DNA from: Alphaproteobacteria bacterium
GTDB taxonomy: Bacteria > Pseudomonadota > Alphaproteobacteria > MPNO01 > UBA830
DNA length: 64,000 nt
Direction of reading: 5' to 3'
Assembly (NCBI GenBank): GCA_965243135.1
Contig: OZ251539.1
Coordinates: 3,968,001 to 4,032,000, forward strand
Each line of letters opens with the position of its first letter. The first letter of the stretch is position 1. The notes under the pieces were generated by a model. That model was not told the DNA's origin and ran no database searches. It saw nothing but the letters and a program-made list of their open reading frames with translations. Made by a program: the position numbers and the translations under genes. Positions 9,022 to 19,156 of the stretch are shown here, piece after piece.

Positions 9022-10208
9022 TGGGAGGTCCTCTCGACGGCGTCCGCGTCCTCGATCTGACTTCGGTCGTGCTCGGCCCGCTGGCGACCCAGATCATGGG
9101 CGACCTCGGCGCCGACGTGATCAAGATCGAAAGTCCCGACGGGGACGCCACGCGGTTCACCGGCCCGAAACGGTCGGCCGAAATGTCGGCGTTGTTCATG
9201 GGACTCAACCGCAACAAGCGTTCGATCGTGCTCGATCTGAAGCAGGAGGCCGCCCGCGGCGCGCTCTGGAGGCTGATCGACGGCGCCGACGTCTTCCTCC
9301 ATTCGATCCGGCCGAATGCCGTCGACCGCCTCGGCTTCGGCCACGAGGCGGTCTGCGCCCGCAACGAACGCATCGTCTACGCGGCGATCCACGGTTTCCG
9401 CGCGGACGGTCCCTACGGCGGCGCGCCGGCTTACGACGACGTGATCCAAGGGCTTAGCGGCAGCGTCGATCTGATGGCGCGGCTCGTGGGCGAACCGCGT
9501 TACATGCCCACCATCATGGCCGACAAGACCTGCGGCCTCGTCGTCGCCTACGCGGTGACGGCCGCGTTGCTGGAACGCGAGCGGTCGGGATCGGGCCAGC
9601 TCGTCGAAATCCCCATGTTCGAGACGATGGTCGCGTTCAACATGGCGGACCACGCGTTCGGCCATGCGTTCGATCCGCCGGAAGGCCCGATCGGCTATAC
9701 GCGCGTGCTGGCGCCGTCCAGGCGCCCCTATCGCACGCGCGACGGCCACATATGCATGCTCGCCTACACCGACCCGCAGTGGAAACGCTTCTGGGAAGAG
9801 GCGGGACGCCCGGAATGCGCCGACGACCCCCGCTTCGGCACGCTCGCGGCCCGCGCGGACAACATCGAGGAAGTGTATCGGACCGCCGCGTCCCTCATCG
9901 CCGGACGGACCACGGACGAATGGCTCGCGGCCCTCGCCCGGCTCGAAATACCGTGCGGGCGGGTCGCGCCGCTCGACGCGCTCGCCGACGACCCCCATCT
10001 CGCGGAGATCGGCTTTTTCCGCAAGGAGACCCATCCGACGGAGGGCGGAATCACCCTCGCCGACGCCCCGGTCCGCTTCAGCCGCACGCCCGCGGCGATC
10101 CGCCGCCTGCAGCCGGGCCTCGGCGAACACGGCGCCGAAATCCTCCGCGAGGCCGGAATGGGCGACGGCGAGATCGCGGCGATGCGGGCCTCGGGCGCAA
10201 CGCGGTAA
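9021..10208 (+). CDS. CaiB/BaiF family CoA transferase
   Basis: PLDGVRVLDL..GPLATQIMGDLGADVIKIE, NRNKRSIVLDLK, LGEH. Confidence 0.95.
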   Translation: MGGPLDGVRVLDLTSVVLGPLATQIMGDLGADVIKIESPDGDATRFTGPKRSAEMSALFMGLNRNKRSIVLDLKQEAARGALWRLIDGADVFLHSIRPNAVDRLGFGHEAVCARNERIVYAAIHGFRADGPYGGAPAYDDVIQGLSGSVDLMARLVGEPRYMPTIMADKTCGLVVAYAVTAALLERERSGSGQLVEIPMFETMVAFNMADHAFGHAFDPPEGPIGYTRVLAPSRRPYRTRDGHICMLAYTDPQWKRFWEEAGRPECADDPRFGTLAARADNIEEVYRTAASLIAGRTTDEWLAALARLEIPCGRVAPLDALADDPHLAEIGFFRKETHPTEGGITLADAPVRFSRTPAAIRRLQPGLGEHGAEILREAGMGDGEIAAMRASGATR

Positions 10209-10226
10209 GGGAAAAGGAGAAAGCCG

Positions 10227-10697
10227 ATGGAAACGATGGGCGTCGGTCTTTACTGGAACGATCTCGAAGTCGGCCGGAAGTTCCGGACGCTGCGCCGGAC
10301 CATCACGGAAGCCGACATCGTGAACTTCATCGGCGTCACCGGCATGGTCGAAACCCTGTTCACCGATATGACGTTCGGCGACCACGGCGGCGGCCCGATG
10401 GGCGGTCGGGTGGTCCCGGCCGCCTGCACCTACGCCATCGTCGAGGGATTGCTCTGCCAGTCGACCATGCAGACCACCGGCCTCGCGCTTCTCGAAGTGG
10501 AGAAGAAGGTGCTCAAACCGGTATTCGCGGGCGACACGGTTCACGCCGAGGTGGAAGTCGCCGCCCTGCGCCCGACGAGCAAGGGCGGCCGCGGCGTCGT
10601 CACGACGATGAACGAGGTGCTCAACCAGAGCGGCGAGGCCGTGATCCGCTATCGCGCCGTCCGCCTCATGGCCGGCCGGCCTTCGGCGGAAGGATAG
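10227..10697 (+). CDS. MaoC family dehydratase
   Basis: RRTITEADIVNF, KPVFAGDTV, VLNQSGE. Confidence 0.9.
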   Translation: METMGVGLYWNDLEVGRKFRTLRRTITEADIVNFIGVTGMVETLFTDMTFGDHGGGPMGGRVVPAACTYAIVEGLLCQSTMQTTGLALLEVEKKVLKPVFAGDTVHAEVEVAALRPTSKGGRGVVTTMNEVLNQSGEAVIRYRAVRLMAGRPSAEG

Positions 10698-10781
10698 CGC
10701 GGAACCGCGACGCCCCGGCCGGCTTCGGCGCCGCGCGGCCGTCCGGGAGCGAGGCGGTCGCCGTCTTCTCCGCGCGCCGCG

Positions 10782-13700
10782 TCAGGACAGCGGCGCCAGC
10801 AGCGCGTCCACGTCCTCCGCGGACAACTGCCCCGTGGCATTGGTTTTCACGACGCCCCCCATCAGCGCCCGCTTGCGATCCTGCAACTCGAGGATTCTCT
10901 CCTCCACCGTGCCCATCGTAAGGAGCCTGTAGACGAAAACCGGCTTGTCCTGCCCGATCCGGTGGGCGCGGTCGGTCGCCTGCGCCTCCACCGACGGATT
11001 CCACCAGGGATCGTAATGGATCACCGTGTCGGCCGCCGTCAGGTTCAGTCCGGTGCCTCCCGCCTTGAGGCTGATCAGGAACAGGGGAACGCTTCCCGAC
11101 TGGAATTCCCGCACCACGGAAGCGCGGTCGCGGGTGTTGCCGACCAGCTTGACGAAATCGATCTCCCGCTCCCGCAAGCCGCCTTCGATCAGCTCCAGCA
11201 TGCTGGTGAACTGCGAGAACAACAGAATGCGCCGCCCTTCCTCGATGAGCTCGGGCAGCATCTCCATCAGGCGCGACAGCTTGGCGGACTGCGCGTTCCT
11301 GGCCTCGGGGCGGTTCTTGACGAGCCGCGGGTCGCAGCACACCTGCCGCAGCCGCAGCAACGCCTCGAGGATGATGATGTGGCTGCGCGCCATGCCCTTG
11401 TTCGCGATTTCGCGCCGGACCTTCTCGTGCATCGCCAGCCGAATGATTTCGTAGAGATCCCTCTGGGCCCCGCCCATCTCCACGTGCTCGACGATGTCGG
11501 TCTTGCTGGGCAGGTCGGCCGCCACGTCCTCCTTGAGGCGCCGCAGCAGGAACGGAGCGACGCGCCGCCCGAGAAACGATCTCCGCCCCGCGTCGCCATG
11601 CTTTTCGATCGGCGTGCGAAACGCCTTCCTGAACTGCCTCTCGTCGCCGAGCAGGCCGGGCATCAGGAAGTCGAACTGGGACCACAGATCGCCCAGGTGG
11701 TTCTCCATCGGCGTGCCCGTCAGCGTGACGCGGTATCTCGACTTCAGCTGCCTGGCGGTGCGGGCGATCTTGGTCCGGGAATTCTTGATCGCCTGCGCCT
11801 CGTCGAGAATCACGAGGTAGTAGGTCGTCGCCAGAAGTTCGGCCTGATCGCGCGGCAACAACGGATAGGTGGTCAGGACGACGTCGTGGCCGGCGATTTC
11901 GCCGAACCGGCCCTTGCGGTCGGCGCCGTGAAGGGTCAGGACCTTGAGGCCGGGCGCGAACCGTTCGATCTCGATCCGCCAGTTCGCCATGAGGCTGGTC
12001 GGCGCGACGATGAGGCACGGCCCGTCCATGCGGCCGGATTCCTTTTCGACCAGAATGTGGGCGATGGCTTGGATGGTCTTGCCGAGCCCCATGTCGTCGG
12101 CGAGGATCCCGCCGAACGCGAACTCCCTGAGAAACTGCAGCCAGTTCAGCCCCGCCTGCTGGTAGGGCCGCAAGGCGCCCCGGAAGGAAGCCGGCACGGG
12201 CGCTTCCGCGATGCTCCGCAAAGCGCGCAGTTTGCGCCCGGTCTCGACGAGCGACAACCCGCCGTTCCACCGGAGATCGGTCGACTCGAGTTCGCGCTCG
12301 AGATCGGCGATCTCCGCCGCCTGGCGGGCGTGAACGGGAATCCGTCCCTGGTCGTCGAGTCCGTTGACCCGAAAGAGATCGCACAGGGTGGCCAGCATCG
12401 GCCGGAGCCGCGCCATGGGAAGGGGAAGCAGCTTGCCGCTGTCCATGCTCATGTAAACGTTGCCGTCCCCCGCCCCCTCGAGGAAGGCTTCGAAGTCTTC
12501 GTCAGTCGGGAATTCGTCGAGCAGTTGCATCAGAAACGGCATGAGGTTGACCTTCTCGCCGTCGACGATCACGCCGAGAGAGAAACCGAACCAGTCGATT
12601 CCGCTCCCCTCCTCGACTTCGGCGTGCCATTCGTCCTCGACCTGCGCGATCGCCAGCGGATAGTCCTCGCTGACCTCGACGCGCCATCCTTCGGCCTCGA
12701 GTTCGGGAAGGCCGTTCTCGAAAAAGTAAAGCAGGGATCTCGTCATGTCGCCGTGGCCGTTCATGACGAGATCGCGGTTCCCGTGGAAACCCGCGCCGGG
12801 CGAACGCCGGGGGCTGACGCCCAGGTCGACGTCGCGGAGCCAGGAGCCGAGGGGCACGAAACCGAACTCGGCCAGGCGCCGGTAGGCCTCGTCCTCGAAT
12901 TTCCGGTCCCGGGAGACCACGATCAGGTCGCCGTCTTCGTGGATCGCCTTCGACAGCGCGTCGTCGCCCGGCTCGAAACGGCAATGGCCGTAATCGAAAC
13001 CGGCGCGAGCCACCGGCAAGCGGTACAGTTCCAGGTCCCAGCGGTTGGAATACATCTCGATCTCCGTCTGGGCGAGATTCAGGAACGGAACCGGGCGAAC
13101 GTCCGCTTCCCTGACGGCGGCGAACGTCTTGGGCATCGGGACGATGCCGGCGGGGAACCGCGTCTCGATTTCCCTCCGCGCCGCCGCCGCGGATTCCGGG
13201 GAGATGGGCGGCGCGTTCGCCAGTGTCGCGGCCTGCTTCGGCGGCATTCCGAGGTCCACGACGCCGCAGGAGGCGTTCTCCGCGTCGACGTACCGCAGCG
13301 GCGCCACCGGCAGGATGCAGGTAGCCGGGGGATCCGAAAGGATGCGCAGATGCTGCGCGCCCGTTTCCACGACCTCCCATTCCAGCGTCCCCTTGCGGGA
13401 CGGGCCCGGCAACAGCGGCGGGCCCTCGATTTCGCCCCAACAGCATCTGCCGGTCTGCAGGATCAGCGCCAGGATGTCGTGCCCCTCTTCGTCGTGCAGC
13501 GGATAGCCGGCGCCCGGCGGATCGTATTTCAACGCGCGGGCGCCGGCTATCCGCGAAATGATCCGGGTGTCGATCGATTTCAGATACTTCGGAACAGGTC
13601 CGCGATCGAGCGCGAAGACATCGTAATCGCGGGGCTTTCCGAGACTGTCGTCCTTTCGCAACCGGGCCGTCTTCAGCCACGCGCGAACCTCCGGCTTGCC

Positions 13701-14141
13701 GCCTGCGTCCGCGTCGAGCCGGAGAACGTAGATCATCCGGTGGCGGACGTTCGCCGCATATTCTTCGTCCGCGCCGCTCTGGACGGCTTCTTCGAGCGCG
13801 CCGACCCAGCCCAGGAAACCCGGTTCCAGAACGTCGCCCTTGATGCGCGTCTCGGGACGCGCGAGGCCCTCGATCAAAAGCGCCGCGATATGCGCGCATC
13901 CGCTTCCGGCGTGGCAGGTGCACGAACCCGAGATCCTTACGCCCCCGCGCCCGTCGTTCAGAATCCGGATGCTCTGCTCGTAGAGAAGGCCGTGATTTCC
14001 CAGCACGTTGCCGGTCAGCCTGCGTCCGTTGTCGTGGAACTCCATGTTGCGCACCTGCCGGTTGCGGTGATGCGCCCATCCCTGATCGAAGGATGCCTCC
14101 GGGAACGTCTGTCCGACATCGTTGAGTGTGTAATGCTCCAT
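10782..14141 (-). CDS. SNF2-family DEAD/DEAH helicase with N-terminal SWIM-like zinc finger
   Basis: CTCHAGSGCAH; GILADDMGLGKT, DEAQAIKN, TGTPMEN, QATDRAHRIGQ. Confidence 0.95.
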   Translation of the reverse strand: MEHYTLNDVGQTFPEASFDQGWAHHRNRQVRNMEFHDNGRRLTGNVLGNHGLLYEQSIRILNDGRGGVRISGSCTCHAGSGCAHIAALLIEGLARPETRIKGDVLEPGFLGWVGALEEAVQSGADEEYAANVRHRMIYVLRLDADAGGKPEVRAWLKTARLRKDDSLGKPRDYDVFALDRGPVPKYLKSIDTRIISRIAGARALKYDPPGAGYPLHDEEGHDILALILQTGRCCWGEIEGPPLLPGPSRKGTLEWEVVETGAQHLRILSDPPATCILPVAPLRYVDAENASCGVVDLGMPPKQAATLANAPPISPESAAAARREIETRFPAGIVPMPKTFAAVREADVRPVPFLNLAQTEIEMYSNRWDLELYRLPVARAGFDYGHCRFEPGDDALSKAIHEDGDLIVVSRDRKFEDEAYRRLAEFGFVPLGSWLRDVDLGVSPRRSPGAGFHGNRDLVMNGHGDMTRSLLYFFENGLPELEAEGWRVEVSEDYPLAIAQVEDEWHAEVEEGSGIDWFGFSLGVIVDGEKVNLMPFLMQLLDEFPTDEDFEAFLEGAGDGNVYMSMDSGKLLPLPMARLRPMLATLCDLFRVNGLDDQGRIPVHARQAAEIADLERELESTDLRWNGGLSLVETGRKLRALRSIAEAPVPASFRGALRPYQQAGLNWLQFLREFAFGGILADDMGLGKTIQAIAHILVEKESGRMDGPCLIVAPTSLMANWRIEIERFAPGLKVLTLHGADRKGRFGEIAGHDVVLTTYPLLPRDQAELLATTYYLVILDEAQAIKNSRTKIARTARQLKSRYRVTLTGTPMENHLGDLWSQFDFLMPGLLGDERQFRKAFRTPIEKHGDAGRRSFLGRRVAPFLLRRLKEDVAADLPSKTDIVEHVEMGGAQRDLYEIIRLAMHEKVRREIANKGMARSHIIILEALLRLRQVCCDPRLVKNRPEARNAQSAKLSRLMEMLPELIEEGRRILLFSQFTSMLELIEGGLREREIDFVKLVGNTRDRASVVREFQSGSVPLFLISLKAGGTGLNLTAADTVIHYDPWWNPSVEAQATDRAHRIGQDKPVFVYRLLTMGTVEERILELQDRKRALMGGVVKTNATGQLSAEDVDALLAPLS

Positions 14142-14394
14142 GGGAAACCCCTATATCTTGCGGCTCCTCCAAAGAATAACCGAATCGCCCCCCACCATAG
14201 AATGCTTTGCGGCCTTCGAAATTCCGCTTTCCCCCAGCCGAGCCCACCCTGTCCACAGAAAATTTCCGCCGCGGGCGAAAAATCTGTTGCCCTCAGCGTT
14301 TGGCGATATATGGTAGAAATGAATTTGCAATACACCGAATGTAGAAATTCCTGTCGCAAAGCGGTACAAGGCAACGACAAGAGGAGAAAAGACG

Positions 14395-14763
14395 ATGCGA
14401 TGGAGTCCCGAACGGGTGGAAACGTTGAGTCGCCTTTGGGCGGAGGGATTGACGGCGCGCGCCATCGCCGAGCGTCTGGACAACAGCGTGACGCGGAACG
14501 CGGTCATCGGCAAGGCGCACCGGCTCAACCTGCAGCGCGGCAAGATGGTTCCCCGGAAGGACCCGGAGCCGGAGCCCGTCGTCATCGACGCGAAGCTTCT
14601 CCCGCGCACTGCCGGCGTCGAACCGTGGATGTGCCGCTGGCCGATCGACGAACCCGGCAAGCACAAACTGCACATTTGCGGCAAGACGGCTCAGCCAGGC
14701 CGCCCCTATTGCGCCGAGCACTGCACCGAGGCCTACCTGTCGAGACGGCGCTCGGTGGCCTGA
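14395..14763 (+). CDS. gcrA: GcrA family cell-cycle regulator
   Basis: MRWSPERVETLSRLWAEGLTA..VTRNAVIGKAHRL; CRWPI; PYCAEH. Confidence 0.9.
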   Translation: MRWSPERVETLSRLWAEGLTARAIAERLDNSVTRNAVIGKAHRLNLQRGKMVPRKDPEPEPVVIDAKLLPRTAGVEPWMCRWPIDEPGKHKLHICGKTAQPGRPYCAEHCTEAYLSRRRSVA

Positions 14764-14815
14764 AGCGCCGCGGACGCCCTTCCCGTCGCGAAGGGCGCCG
14801 TTCCCCGGCGCGCGG

Positions 14816-15925
14816 TCAGGCGGACGCCTCTATGTGAACGTGGACCGCTTCCGGCCCGTCGACGATCTCGCGGCCGAGAACGCGAACCGCCTTGTCGGCC
14901 TCGTCCACCGGGTAGCGGTGGGTGCACAACTTCCGCAGCGCGTCACCCTTGCGGCGGATCACGTCGATCGCCTTTTCGACCGAAGACCAGCTCGACGACA
15001 GCACGCCCAGCATCGAGATTTCCTTGGTGATCAGCTTGTCGGACACGAAGCCGGGAATCGGGTTCGAGGCCTTGAGGCCGGCCACCACGACCGTGCCGCC
15101 GGGCCGGACCATTTCGACCGCCTGGACGATCGGTTCGGTCGCAAGCGCGGAAACGTCGACCACGACGTCCGCGAGCCGGCCGCCCGTCGCCTCGACCACG
15201 CGCTCCACGGGATCCTCGTCGCCGACGACGACGGTCTCGTCGGCCCCGAGCTCGCGCGCCAGGGACAGCCGGACTTCGTCCCGGGAAGTCCCCGTCACGA
15301 TGATCTTGCCGGCCCCGGCCTCGCGCGCCGCCACGACGGACAGCAGGCCGCGCTGACCGGGGCCCTCGATCACGATCGTGTCGCCCATTCCCGTTCCGGG
15401 CCGCTCCACCGCCCATCGCACTGCGTTCGACATCGGATTGAACAGGCTCATGACGTCGGTCGGCACGTCCGACGGCGCCCGGTGCAGGGTCGCGCGCGGG
15501 TGAAGATACATGTGCGTCCCGTACCCGCCCCAGAGATGCGGCGGGTTGTCGAAGCCCACGCGAAGCCCGTAACCCATCCCGTCCTTGCAGAGAACCGGGC
15601 GCCCGACCTGGCACTGGAAGCATTGTCCGCAGGGAATCGACGCCTCGACGGTCACGCGGTCGCCTTCCTTCACTCCCCAGCGCTTCGCCGCTTCCCGACC
15701 GACCTTCTCGATCCAGCCCAGAATCTCGTGCCCGGGAACCACGGGCCGGACCGACCACGGCGTGTCGTCCAGATGGCCGAGATACTGTTCCCAGTCCGTG
15801 CCGCAAAGGCCGGCGGCCTCGACCCGAAGCAGTCCGTCGTCGGAGCCGACGTCGGGAAGTTCGACCTCGCGATAATCGAAAGTGCGCGGTTCGGTGAGAA
15901 CCGCGACCCTGGCCTTGTCCGTCAT
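14816..15925 (-). CDS. Zinc-binding alcohol dehydrogenase family protein
   Basis: GLCGTD, GHE, CGQCFQC..C, GPGQRG. Confidence 0.92.
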   Translation of the reverse strand: MTDKARVAVLTEPRTFDYREVELPDVGSDDGLLRVEAAGLCGTDWEQYLGHLDDTPWSVRPVVPGHEILGWIEKVGREAAKRWGVKEGDRVTVEASIPCGQCFQCQVGRPVLCKDGMGYGLRVGFDNPPHLWGGYGTHMYLHPRATLHRAPSDVPTDVMSLFNPMSNAVRWAVERPGTGMGDTIVIEGPGQRGLLSVVAAREAGAGKIIVTGTSRDEVRLSLARELGADETVVVGDEDPVERVVEATGGRLADVVVDVSALATEPIVQAVEMVRPGGTVVVAGLKASNPIPGFVSDKLITKEISMLGVLSSSWSSVEKAIDVIRRKGDALRKLCTHRYPVDEADKAVRVLGREIVDGPEAVHVHIEASA

Positions 15926-16185
15926 CAATCTCTTCCTTTCGCCGTTTTCCGCCCAAGCCTGCCGTTCCGGCGGAGCGGACGCAATCGCGGCCCTGCCGCG
16001 CTCGGGCGGAACCGCTTCGCGGAGCGGCGGCCCGGCGCTTTCCTTCGCGCGCGGCGAACCGGCGCGAGTCCGGCCGCCCCGGACGTGCGCGACCAGCGGC
16101 GCGCCGCCGCGGCGAAGTCGGCGTTCCGCCGTTGCCGCCCCCTCGCGGCGAACTTATGATGCGCCGCGAAGGGAGATGGCTGGCC

Positions 16186-17016
16186 ATGATCGATCTCACC
16201 GGAAAAGTCGCCATCGTCACCGGCGGCGGCGGAGGCATGGGCGGCGCCATGACGTTGGCCCTCGCCGGCGCCGGCGCGGCGGTCTGCGCTGCCGACCTCG
16301 ACCCGGACGCCGTCGCGGCCGTGGCTTCGAAGGCGTCGGCGGGCCGCGTCCTGCCGGCCGCGTTCGACGTGACCGACTACGACGACTGCGCGCGGGTCGT
16401 CGAACTGGCCCGCAAGGAGCTGGGCCCGGTCGGCGTTCTGGTCAACAACGCGGGCGTCGGCATGCAGACGATCGACCCGAACTACATGAACGAACCCGCG
16501 AAATTCTGGCGCGCCGACATGGACCGCTGGCAGCGGATGATGGACGTCAACTTCAAAGGCGCGTTCATGATGGCGAAGCTGGCGGCGGAAAGCATGGTCG
16601 AACGCGGCTCCGGACGCATCGTCAACGTGACCACCAGTCTCGACACCATGATCCGGCAAAACTATTCTCCCTACGGTCAGTCGAAGGCGGCTCTGGAGGC
16701 CGCGACGTCGACCTGGGCCAAGGACCTGGAGGGCACGGGCGTCACCGTCAACGTCCTGGTTCCCGGCGGTCCGACCAATACCGGCTTCATTCCGGAGAGC
16801 GCGCCCTTCGACCGTTCGAAGCTCGTGCAGCCGGAAGTCATGGCGGCCCCCGTCGTCTGGCTCGCCTCGGATCGATCCGGCGGCGTCACCAGCTGCCGCT
16901 TCGTCGCCAACGACTGGGACTCCTCGCTCGACCCCGACGAGGCGGCGGCGGCCGTCCGCGCGCCGGCCGCATGGCCCGGCGCCGGCGCTCAGGCCGTGTG
17001 GCCGGGAGCCGCCTGA
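16186..17016 (+). CDS. SDR family oxidoreductase
   Basis: TGGGGGMG, LVNNAG, YGQSK. Confidence 0.92.
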   Translation: MIDLTGKVAIVTGGGGGMGGAMTLALAGAGAAVCAADLDPDAVAAVASKASAGRVLPAAFDVTDYDDCARVVELARKELGPVGVLVNNAGVGMQTIDPNYMNEPAKFWRADMDRWQRMMDVNFKGAFMMAKLAAESMVERGSGRIVNVTTSLDTMIRQNYSPYGQSKAALEAATSTWAKDLEGTGVTVNVLVPGGPTNTGFIPESAPFDRSKLVQPEVMAAPVVWLASDRSGGVTSCRFVANDWDSSLDPDEAAAAVRAPAAWPGAGAQAVWPGAA

Positions 17017-17799
17017 TTGGCGCTGTCGAAGGACGAACGCCGCGCCTTGCTGCTAGCGGCGACCGCGATCGCGGATCGCGCGGCGGCCCTCGTCATGGAA
17101 ATCTACGGAACCGAATTCAGCGTCCGGCGCAAGGACGACTCCTCGCCCGTGACCGAGGCGGACGAACGCGCCGAAGACCTGATCCTGCCGGCGCTTCGGG
17201 AATTGATCGACGGAGCGGCGGCGATCGGCGAGGAATCCGTCGCCCGGGGCGCGCGCCCTCCGGTCGGGAACGGCCCGTTCTGGCTGGTCGACCCGCTCGA
17301 CGGAACGAAGGAATTCGTTAGCCGAAACGGCGAATTCACCGTCAACATCGCGCTCGTCGAAAACCGCAGCCCCGTTCTCGGCGTGGTCCTCGCGCCGGCC
17401 GCCGGGGTCGGTTTCAGGGCGTGCGGAGCGGGCACCGCGGAGAAGCGCGGAACGGGAGGCGAGTGGACGCCTATCCGCGCCCGCCGGGTCCCCGCGAACG
17501 GCGCCGTCGTCGTCTCCAGCCGGTCCCACGGCGACCGCCGGCGGATCTCGGAGATGTTGCGGGGCGCCTTGATCGACCGGCACCGACTCGCAGGGAGTTC
17601 CCTCAAATTCTGCCTCGTCGCCGAGGGAACCGCCGACATCTACCCCCGCTACGGCGCGACGTCCGAATGGGACACGGGAGCCGGGCAGGCGGTCCTGAAC
17701 GCCGCCGGCGGCAGCGTGCGAACGCTGGACGGCGACGAACTCCGATACGGCAAGGCAGGTTGGAGAAATCCGGAATTCGTCGCCCGCGGGCTGGAATGA
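17017..17799 (+). CDS. cysQ: 3'(2'),5'-bisphosphate nucleotidase CysQ
   Basis: KDDSSPVTEAD, WLVDPLDGTKEF, GSSLKFC, EWDTGAG. Confidence 0.92.
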   Translation: MALSKDERRALLLAATAIADRAAALVMEIYGTEFSVRRKDDSSPVTEADERAEDLILPALRELIDGAAAIGEESVARGARPPVGNGPFWLVDPLDGTKEFVSRNGEFTVNIALVENRSPVLGVVLAPAAGVGFRACGAGTAEKRGTGGEWTPIRARRVPANGAVVVSSRSHGDRRRISEMLRGALIDRHRLAGSSLKFCLVAEGTADIYPRYGATSEWDTGAGQAVLNAAGGSVRTLDGDELRYGKAGWRNPEFVARGLE

Positions 17800-18767
17800 T
17801 CCTGCGCGCCGCGCCCGAGGTCGCGATCCGCGCCGGCGCGATGCTTCGCCGCGGCGAACCGGTCGCGTTCCCCACCGAAACCGTGTACGGGCTCGGCGCC
17901 GACGCCACGTCCGACGCTGCGGTCGCGCGCATATTCGAGATCAAGAAGCGCCCGTCCTTCAATCCCCTGATCGTTCACGTCGCCGACTTCGAAGCGGCCG
18001 CCGCGCTGGCCGATCTGAACGAAGCCGCTCGCATGCTGGCGCGGGAATTCTGGCCGGGACCGCTTTCGCTGGTCGTCCGTCGCCGCGACCGCTGCCCGGT
18101 TTCCCTGCTCGTCAGCGCGGGGCTGGACACGATCGCGATCCGCGTTCCCGGACATCCCGCGGCGCTGGCCATTCTGGCGGCGGCCGATCGGCCCGTGGCC
18201 GCCCCCAGCGCCAACGCGTCCGGAGAGGTCAGCCCCACCCGCGCGTCCCATGTCGCCGACTCGCTGGGCAAGGCCGTGCCGCTGATCGTGGACGGCGGCC
18301 CCTGTCCCGTGGGAATCGAGTCGACGGTCGTCGACTGCAGGGGCGCGGCGCCCGCGATTCTCAGACCCGGCGGAATAACGGCGGAGGAGATCGCCGCCGT
18401 GGCGGGGGAGCCCGGACGCGGCGCCGGCGGCGCGGCGGCTTCCCCCGGCTTGCTCGCGAGCCACTACGCGCCGTCTCGCCCGTTGAGGTTGAACGTTCGG
18501 TCGGTTCGACGCGGAGAAGCGCTGCTTTCCTTCGGCAGGCACGACCTCGGGAGCGGCGCGCGCGAAGAGAATCTCAGCCCCGAAGGAGATCTGCGGGAAG
18601 CGGCGGCCAATCTCTTCGCCATGCTGCGAACGCTCGATCGCCCCGAACATGCCGCCATAGCCGCGATGCCGATACCCGAGACGGGTCTCGGCGTCGCCAT
18701 CAACGACAGGCTGAGGCGAGCGGCCCGTCCGCCGGACGAGCGTTCCGGCCGCCCCCGGCCGGAATGA
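17796..18767 (+). CDS. sua5: L-threonylcarbamoyladenylate synthase (Sua5/TsaC)
   Basis: FPTETVYGLGAD, KKRPSFNPLIVH, AAPSAN, GIESTV, SPGLLASHYAP. Confidence 0.95.
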   Translation: MILRAAPEVAIRAGAMLRRGEPVAFPTETVYGLGADATSDAAVARIFEIKKRPSFNPLIVHVADFEAAAALADLNEAARMLAREFWPGPLSLVVRRRDRCPVSLLVSAGLDTIAIRVPGHPAALAILAAADRPVAAPSANASGEVSPTRASHVADSLGKAVPLIVDGGPCPVGIESTVVDCRGAAPAILRPGGITAEEIAAVAGEPGRGAGGAAASPGLLASHYAPSRPLRLNVRSVRRGEALLSFGRHDLGSGAREENLSPEGDLREAAANLFAMLRTLDRPEHAAIAAMPIPETGLGVAINDRLRRAARPPDERSGRPRPE

Positions 18768-19156
18768 CGGATTCCCCATTCCGGAGCCAAGCTCGATCTG
18801 CTGGTGGCGACCGGCGTTACGGATTCGAGACGAAGCGCCGCGCCTGACGGCCTCCATGCGTTCCGCCCTGGAGAGTCCGGATCTTGACGGGCTGGACGCC
18901 GTGCACGCCGGAACGCGCAGATGCGCAATGGCTCCCCGCGTGCGCTCGCTTCCCGTCGACCAACTGGCGGCCACGTTGCGGCCCTTGCGTGGATGAAGCC
19001 TGCGCAACCGCCGCGCTTCCCGGCGCGGCGTCCCGTCCTCCTCGGCAGGCGGCTCCCCGAGCGCGAAGCGCGTCTCGTTTCGGCGCGGGTTCCGCCCCGG
19101 ATTTTCGTCGCCGGACATTGCCCATCGCCGTCGCATGGATTAAGTCTGGCGGCGCG